From Azolla caroliniana (taxonomy: Eukaryota; Plantae; Polypodiophyta), in assembly GCA_043228905.1 (NCBI GenBank), contig JBHGNT010000016.1, positions 5,270,001-5,334,000 on the forward strand: a stretch of 64,000 nucleotides of DNA, in the 5' to 3' direction. Position 1 is the first letter of the stretch. Every line of letters begins with the position of its first letter. The notes beneath the pieces are model-generated. The model did not search any database. It was not told the origin of the DNA and saw nothing but the letters and a program-made list of their open reading frames with translations. Positions 52,122 to 64,000 of this stretch are shown piece by piece. Position numbers and translations under genes: made by a program.

Positions 52122-52195
52122 GTCCAGATGGTGTAGTTGGTTATTATGCTACTCTAACACACTAGATGTCTTCGGTTCAAGTCCGAGTTTGGACA
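52122..52195 (+). tRNA. tRNA-Val(AAC)-like copy, among the best preserved
   Basis: Acceptor GTCCAGA/TTTGGAC + A73; A box intact; T arm TTCGG-TTCAAGT-CCGAG; one C:C mismatch in the anticodon stem (CTACT/ACTAG). Confidence 0.6.
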
Positions 52196-52984
52196 ATTAA
52201 AGATGCTACTTACAACCAGAAGCTATTCTTTTCCGAATTGACATTTTGAATTTTTTATAAGAAAAGTCATTTATTGAATAGATCCAAGCTACTTACTAAA
52301 TTTGATCAATGTAACAACATATTCTTCAAAGGTCCAGATGGTGTTTTTGGTTATTATGCTACTCTAACACACTAGAAGTCTTCGGGTCGAGTTCGGGTTT
52401 GGACAATTAAAGATGCTACTTACAACCAGAAGCTATTCTTTTCTGAATTGACATTTTGAATTTTTTATAAGAAAAGTCTTTTTATTGAATAGATCCAAGC
52501 TACTTATTAAATACAATCTTTTTAGCAACAACAATATATTATTGAATTGTTCAGATGGTGTAGTTGGTTATCACGATAGCCCAACACTAGTTATCTTGAA
52601 TTTCTACTAAAAGCAATCTTTTATTGAATGGATCCAAGCTAGCTGCCACAACACAATCGCTTTGGCAGCATTTCCAAATTTGTTTTAATGGATCTATGTG
52701 CAATTCAATGATTTATTGTCAACAGGTTTAGATGGTGGTGTTGGTTATCATGCTAATCTAACCCACTCGAGGTCTTTGAATCAAGTCCGGATTTGGACAA
52801 GTAAAGATGCTAATTAGAATGAGCAAAATGTAAGGTATTGTTCTTGACAGAATTGACATGTTCTAATTTTGTAAATAGTAGTCATAAATTTAGTCAAACT
52901 ATGTGTAACTCATGCATTCATCGTAAGCAAAGGAAAAAGAAGGGTTCATTTCTTGCCTCCAATATGGTTGTCTTTTTCTTTTAC

Positions 52985-53334
52985 GTCAAATTAATTAAAA
53001 ATCTAAATAAACAAAAATACATTAAATTCAATAAGCATTTAAGTTAAATTAAAAAAAAAACTTTAATTAAACCATTAAATTAAATAAATATTTAAGTTAA
53101 ACTAATAAAATCAATAAAAAACCATTAAATTAATAAACTATTAAGGTGAAAAAAAACGGTTAACCAAAAACCAATAAAGCTTTAAACCGATAAACCTGAG
53201 TTTTAGGACCAAACCGAACCGAAATTGAACCATTTATTAAAAGTCCAAACCATTATTATTTGTTGGGACTAATAAACCGTTAAACATGGCTTAATGGTTC
53301 GGTTCGGTTCGAGCCGAAACCGTGCTCATCGCTA
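52985..53334. mobile_element. One end of a non-autonomous hAT-like DNA transposon
   Basis: Clustered AAACCG/AACCGAACC subterminal repeats in both orientations, ending in GTGCTCATCGCTA (reverse complement TAGCGATGAGCAC, similar to TAGGGATG-type hAT TIRs). Partner TIR not found. Confidence 0.6.
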
Positions 53335-53654
53335 AAAGTGCGCATGTTTTCATGAAAAAGCAAGTTTCGGGAGGCCAATGGGGGGGACACGGTGTGGTGA
53401 AGGGGCTTTCCGAGATGGCTACTAGTGTAATCACGTGGAGGGGGCAGAGTGTGTGTGTGTGGTGTGGTAGTTAGTAGATAGGGAGGTAGGCCGGCGAGCT
53501 AAGGCACGCACGAGGGGAAGCCTGGGTGCATTGATCATAGAAGCAGGGTAACTGAAGCAAGTGGGATGGGCGGGCGGGTGGGCGGGCGGGTGGACGGATG
53601 GACAAGGAGCTTGCTCGAGGTTTCGGGTTTCCTTAAGGGGGGGAGAAAGGGATG

Positions 53655-53785
53655 GTGGTGGGGGGCCCAGAATCATTGGGAGGACGGGAGAGAGAATCGG
53701 AGGGCCGAGGAAAAAAGGACAAAAAAAGACGCAAAAACAGAATGGATGGACGGTCAGGATGATTTGAGGGCGGGTGGGGGCCCAA
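53655..53785. promoter_or_regulatory. Site II / TCP-like GGCCCA motifs upstream of AspAT
   Basis: GTGGGGGGCCCA at ~53658 and GTGGGGGCCCA at ~53774. Confidence 0.35.
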
Positions 53786-54319
53786 CTAACCCGTTTCCTC
53801 CTCCAACCAAAAGAAAATAATAAGTAAAGAAAGAAACAAGATAAGGGCTCATTCACACCTAATCTCCTCCTAAAAAAGCAGGAGGTAGAGAAAAAAAAAA
53901 ACAAACAAACAAAGAAAATGAAGCATTTCATATTTTCTCTAGAAGGAAATGTGTTTTATTATTTATATTATCTTCTTATTTGTTTTTTTTTCATTTTTTC
54001 TTGCTACTGCAAAAGCGCATCCATAAATTAACATACATAATCTCGATAAATAATCAACTAATAAATTACATAAAAATAAATAAATAAATATCTTACGGAG
54101 ATTCTTTTTATTTATTTTTATTTCTATTCACTCGATTATTGCTGATTATTTATTATATTTATCATTTATTTTCCATTATTTAGAATTTAATAATTAATTA
54201 ATTCTTCTTCTTCTTCTTCTTCTTCGCTCACTGTGCGCAGACGCTGCAGAACGCAGAAGCAGACGAAGAAGAAGAAGCAGAAGACGCAGAAGAAGAAGAA
54301 GAAGAAGAAGCAGAAGAAG

Positions 54320-54351
<32 letters not shown>

Positions 54352-54354
54352 TCC

Positions 54355-59318
<4,964 letters not shown>

Positions 59319-61294
59319 TTGTTTGAATTTGTGTACAATGTTCCCACATCGGGAATATGGTTGCACAATTGCAATTTTGGTAGTAGAATAAACCAATATC
59401 AATTTCTTTGTAATGATTGACCATAGGAAATAAAATTAGATCTAAGGCGATAATTGTATTGGATTGTTTTGGTTTTTGGATGGTTGCAAGTCAGGAGTCT
59501 TCACCATATAAGACACTTCTCAGCTGGTAATCCAAGAAAATAAAAACCTTGGCAGGGGGAAATGATTGTATAATCATGTTCTAATTTTTTTTCTAATTTA
59601 TTGTGAGAGAACTCAATGAAGGCTTTTAGTGAGCAATTGACAGATGTCACAGAAATCTCCTCTTATGCTAAACACTGACAGATATCTCGTCTTTTTAAGT
59701 AACTAACTATTTAATGCATCGTTTTTAAGTATCACAATTTTTGACATTCTAAGCACATGTTTTGTATGTACGACAATTGTTGAGATGTTAGCACATGTTT
59801 TGCATGTTTTGCCGGTTTATACTATGTGTAGTTTACCACAATAGAAATGTTAAGACATCCAGTCTGGAGAAGTGTTTACATGGTAGCTAAAGGCAAGGAG
59901 CACAATGAACAGTGCCCGGAATTGAGCATCGATGCATGAAAGAGCTCTTTTTGCTGAAAAAGAGAAAGCATACTTCTGAACTCACATTAAAACACATGTA
60001 TGCAATGGACACGGTCATTCACAAGTGTACATGTTCCACCGACATGGGCACATATTCACATGCAAAGGCAATTCTAGATTCATATGAACCTATTGACATG
60101 ACAAAAGAACTGGAGTGGGCTTTCATTCCTATGTAGACACCAACTTTGAATAACTCAAAAGGCATAATCTTGGATCAAGACCTTATTGGTCTTGCCCACA
60201 TTTTGTGGACACACATGTTTCAATAGTTTTGTTTTTTTATTGCGTAAATAGTGGTGAAAATTCCAAACTATCTAGATTATTTTGGAAATTGAAGGATTAT
60301 TGCCAAATTCATGGTGTAAACAAGCAATGGTAAAGAGATGCAATTCTAGATGTTTTTTGCCAAAAGTACATTTCGTCAAGTTTCTTATCTTAGAACAAAA
60401 GTGTCAGTAACATTTCTTTCTTTTGTAGTGATGTACACAAAGATTTGGATATCCAAAGAGCTTAAGGTTGGATGGTTTTTGTAATGCACCTAGTGAAAGA
60501 TTTTGGATACTCTTGGATTCATTGACCTTGCATGGAAACTTTAATGCTATTTCATCATAAATATATTTTGTGAGGTTTCTGATTCTACAACAAAATTGTC
60601 TAGAGCAAACTCATTTGTTAGTATTAATTTCACAAAGGTTTGTGTATTAAAAGAGGTAGAGTTCCCTTGTAGTGCACCTAGTGCAAGATCTTGCATCCTC
60701 TTGGATTCATTGTGCTTTCTAGATTAAATGATCCACAAAGATCTTATTTATCTCAAGGTCTACATGGCATAGTTCTTCCAAATCACAACCTTTGATGTTT
60801 GTGGATCAAATTTATTGCATATTGTCATTTTCCTATTATTTTGTTTTGGTTACATTTGGTAAACTAAGTTGATGGCTAATATCATTAAGGTTTGGTCCCA
60901 TTCTATCAAATTCTACATCTTGGATGATTTTATTCCTACTTTCTTTATCCTTTCATGATGATGTGAAATATGAATCTTTTTAATAATCAAATTCTTGATC
61001 CCCTTGTTCATATGCATGCCTCTCATTGTTCGAGTTGTTAGTAGTTACCTCTCTTCTTCTATTGGCCATATAGACAACACCCCATATTATGTGTTTCTAG
61101 AATTCATTCTCATACCTTGGTTACACACATATCTATGAATCTCACTTGAGACACCATGATTACACACATATCTACGAATCTCACTTGAGACACCATGTTC
61201 AAAGGCTTTATGTACACAAAGCATCATCCTCACATAGATGGAAGTAGACATATCGAAGGTGTTGATCCACCACATCGTTTGAGACAGGGTAGGG

Positions 61295-62243
61295 CCATCA
61301 AGCACGGACAATGGAGACTTTGTTATTTTTCAAAATTCATTAGTCTTTTAGATTTATGGCTATGCAACTTAGACCTAGGCTCATTCAATATCATTAAAGC
61401 TTATAAAGTTGTCGAGAATTAGAAAGTAGAAAATGTTATTAACTAAATATAAAAAGAAATTAATAAATTCTTAAACTAAACAAGAAGAAAACAATATAAT
61501 TTTATAACCCAATCTAATGGCCATCACCAATGGATCTCTAGCTCTTTGAAGACATCTTAATTACCCCTCATATCTCTGGCATCCCGACCATCAAGCACGG
61601 ACAATGGAGACTTTGAGTTTATTTTTATTTTTCAAAATTCATTACAAGCGCATAAATAGTCTTTTAGATTTATGGCTATGCAACTTAGACCTAGGCTCAT
61701 TTTGTATCATTAAAGCTTATAAAGTTGTCGAGAATTAGAAAGTAGAAAATGTTATGAACTAAATATAAAAAGAAATTAATAAATTCGTACAAGGCCCTTT
61801 TGAACTAAACAAGAAGAAAACAATATAATTTTATAACCCGATCTAATGGTCATCACCAATGGATCTCTAGCTCTTTGAAGACATCTTAATTACCCCTCAT
61901 ATCTCTGGCATCCCGACCATCAAGCACGGAAAATGGAGACTTTGGGTTTATTTTTATTTTTCAAAATTCATTACAAGCGCATAAATAGTCTTTTAGATTT
62001 ATGGCTATGCAACTTAGACCTAGGATCATTTTGTATCATTAAAGCTTATAAAGTTGTCGAGAATTAGAAAGTAGAAAATGTTATTAACTAAATTTAAATA
62101 GAAATTAATAAATTATTACAAGGCCCTTTTGATCTAAACAAGAAGAAAACAATATCATTTTATAACCCGATCTAATGGTCATCACCAATGGATCTCTTGC
62201 TCTTTGAAGACATCTTAATTACCCCTCATATCTCTGGCATCCC
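61295..62243. repeat. Recent tandem triplication, unit ~293-329 bp
   Basis: ccatcaagcacgga.aatggagact starts at 61295, 61588 and 61917; each unit ends in catatctctggcatccc; copies nearly identical. Confidence 0.95.
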
Positions 62244-63416
62244 AAAATTGCAAGGCATCACAGGCTAGTAGATTTTGCAAGTTTCCCTACACCTTCTTAT
62301 TGACTTTAATCCTCAAATTGGTTCATCGGATATCAAACATCCGCAAAATCAACTGTACATTTATGTTCATACTTGTTGTAATTCAAAGTTGAGTCTTATG
62401 ATGTATAAATGAAACAATTCATATTGTATATTTGCAAAGTTCGTCCTTTGATGGATAACACTTTGGTAAAAAATGAATTCTCAAGGTTTGGTAATCCACT
62501 TGTTTCATTGTTGGTTTTGAATTGTATCAATCTTGAGCATATACTCACAACACATAATCAATGTAAGTGACTTTGCCCAACAACATTATGTGAAAAGTTG
62601 CCAAACTCTTCGCATAGATTTACAATGATCAATGAACAAAGTGTAGAAGATATACTGAAGTATGATTTGCAAATTATACTAGTAATTGATGAGAATTTTT
62701 ATGATATTGACTTCCATCGAGAAAACTAGGATTTCTATGGAAACAAAACTAGAAACCATGCTCCATCACTAGGCTCATGAACTTCAATTCCATTACAGTG
62801 CATGATGGGGGTTATCGATTGAGTTGTTGTGGCCTATAATGATCATGTGGCATCAACATTGACTAGTATATATAGATATCGACTTTATTATCATTTCTCA
62901 AAGGTCAAATACAAACCCAAGTATATGCACAAGCATATTATGAAAGAAACACGACAATGAAGTAGAAAATCAACAAATCATGGTGTCATAGTAATATTAT
63001 TGCAACATGTAGATTGTTGATTATAATAAAATATCCATTACCCCATGTTGATCATATATTAAAATTTAAAACATTAGAAAAAAGGGTCTAACCATGTGTA
63101 TAGTGTGTGTGTGCACAAGATAAGGGCATCTACACATGATGTGGTGCTTTGTCCCGAGGACATAATATGAATAGTGATGATGATCACGATCGTCGATCGC
63201 AACACAAATGTATCGACAATATGGTGACCCTCCTTTGTGTTCGTTTTCACACCATGTTTAATTTATTTACTCAAATATTGACCCCTTAGGTACACAATCC
63301 AAGGCCTGGTGTTTTTTAGAAGACTATTCTTTGTTCACAAAAACAAACCATTGGGTCAACATTGAACTAAAACAAAACCATTGTGATTAATCAATCTACA
63401 TACATAACAGCTAGTC

Positions 63417-64000
63417 ATGCATCCTTCACATCTAAATTATCTCCTGATTCTCATCATTCCTTCGACATTCTGTCTCATTCGATCGTACTCAGCATATAGC
63501 ATTCAATCTGCTCGTGCCGCCCATCAAAAACCCATCGCGATCACATTTCCTGCCTATCACCTCCGTGACCGTCGATTGGCCGATTCGTCCGATCTGCTCG
63601 ACGATACTCAAGTGCAAACATATCCCATTCCCCATTATGTCACACCATCCTATAACCATCCGGTGTCAACAAGATTGTCGATCCGATCCCGACAAATACC
63701 GGATCATGGGGATGATTTGCACACCAAAGATATCATTGCGTCGACATATGAATACTCTATGCCTCTTCGTAGAGCATTGGCCGATCAATCAATCCCCGGC
63801 CCTGGCCCCGGCCCCGGCCGGGGGCTGTTGTCGCCGGACCAGCCGCAATATCGGAGCGAGGTTATCACCCTTGGCCAATCCTCGGGTCAATATTTTGCTA
63901 TTATGAAGCTCGGGACTCCGGCCATAGATGTGGCTCTCATCATGGATTCGGGGAGCGCGCTCGGCTGGGTACAATGCGAGCCATGTGACCGATGCGGGGC
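63417..64000 (+). CDS. Secreted A1 (pepsin/nepenthesin-like) aspartic protease, 5' part, runs off the window
   Basis: Open frame from ATG 63417 (MHPSHLNYLLILIIPSTFCLI, signal-peptide-like) to SSGQYFAIMKLGTPAIDVALIMDSGSALGWVQCEPCDRCG. Absent from the ORF track because no stop lies within the window. Confidence 0.9.
   Translation, partial: MHPSHLNYLLILIIPSTFCLIRSYSAYSIQSARAAHQKPIAITFPAYHLRDRRLADSSDLLDDTQVQTYPIPHYVTPSYNHPVSTRLSIRSRQIPDHGDDLHTKDIIASTYEYSMPLRRALADQSIPGPGPGPGRGLLSPDQPQYRSEVITLGQSSGQYFAIMKLGTPAIDVALIMDSGSALGWVQCEPCDRCG

Larger units (their letters stand above)
47359..52980 (+). repeat. Tandem array of ~24 full or partial, mostly degenerate tRNA-Val copies with repeated spacers
   Basis: Consensus GTCCAGATGGTGTAGTTGGTTATCACGCTAGTCT(A/C)ACACACTAGAGGTCTCCGGTTCGAGTCCGGGTTTGGACA folds as a cloverleaf. 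Copies start near 47359, 47526, 47722, 47941, 48165, 48388, 48599, 48740, 48997, 49085, 49286, 49441, 49729, 49959, 50246, 50385, 50459, 51220, 51716, 51934, 52122, 52332, 52548, 52726. Confidence 0.92.

Noticed and set aside
47359-52800. Repeat-spacer pattern superficially like a CRISPR array
   Set aside because: The repeats are tRNA-Val cloverleaves, the spacers are themselves repeated, the context is eukaryotic and there are no cas genes.
63514-63974. ORF-track ORFs 63514-63906 (+) and 63789-63974 (-)
   Set aside because: Wrong frames; the real coding frame is the aspartic protease starting at 63417.

Overview
AT-rich eukaryotic nuclear DNA from a land plant. A long intronless PLS-class PPR gene ending in a partial E domain, short GT-AG introns and (GAA)n-rich 5' UTRs suggest a compact-genome seed-free plant, possibly a fern (inference). 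Conserved spliced genes: cyclophilin-40, mitochondrial pyruvate dehydrogenase E1-alpha and mitochondrial aspartate aminotransferase, plus the 5' part of a secreted A1 aspartic protease at the window end. Two intronless genes look microbial rather than plant-like and are horizontal-transfer candidates: a single-barrel cobalamin-independent methionine-synthase-like enzyme (8885-10024) and an aldo-keto reductase with a mitochondrial-type presequence (35285-36673). A ~5.6 kb tandem array of about 24 decaying tRNA-Val copies (47359-52980) carries both CAC and AAC anticodons on one tRNA body, in an apparent dimeric higher-order unit. Mobile DNA: a 5'-truncated Penelope-like element with a hammerhead ribozyme, a solo LTR with TSD, LINE, Gypsy and hAT remnants. 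An orphan acidic ORF with three Trp/Tyr-rich repeats lies at the window start. All calls were read by eye; no searches were run.
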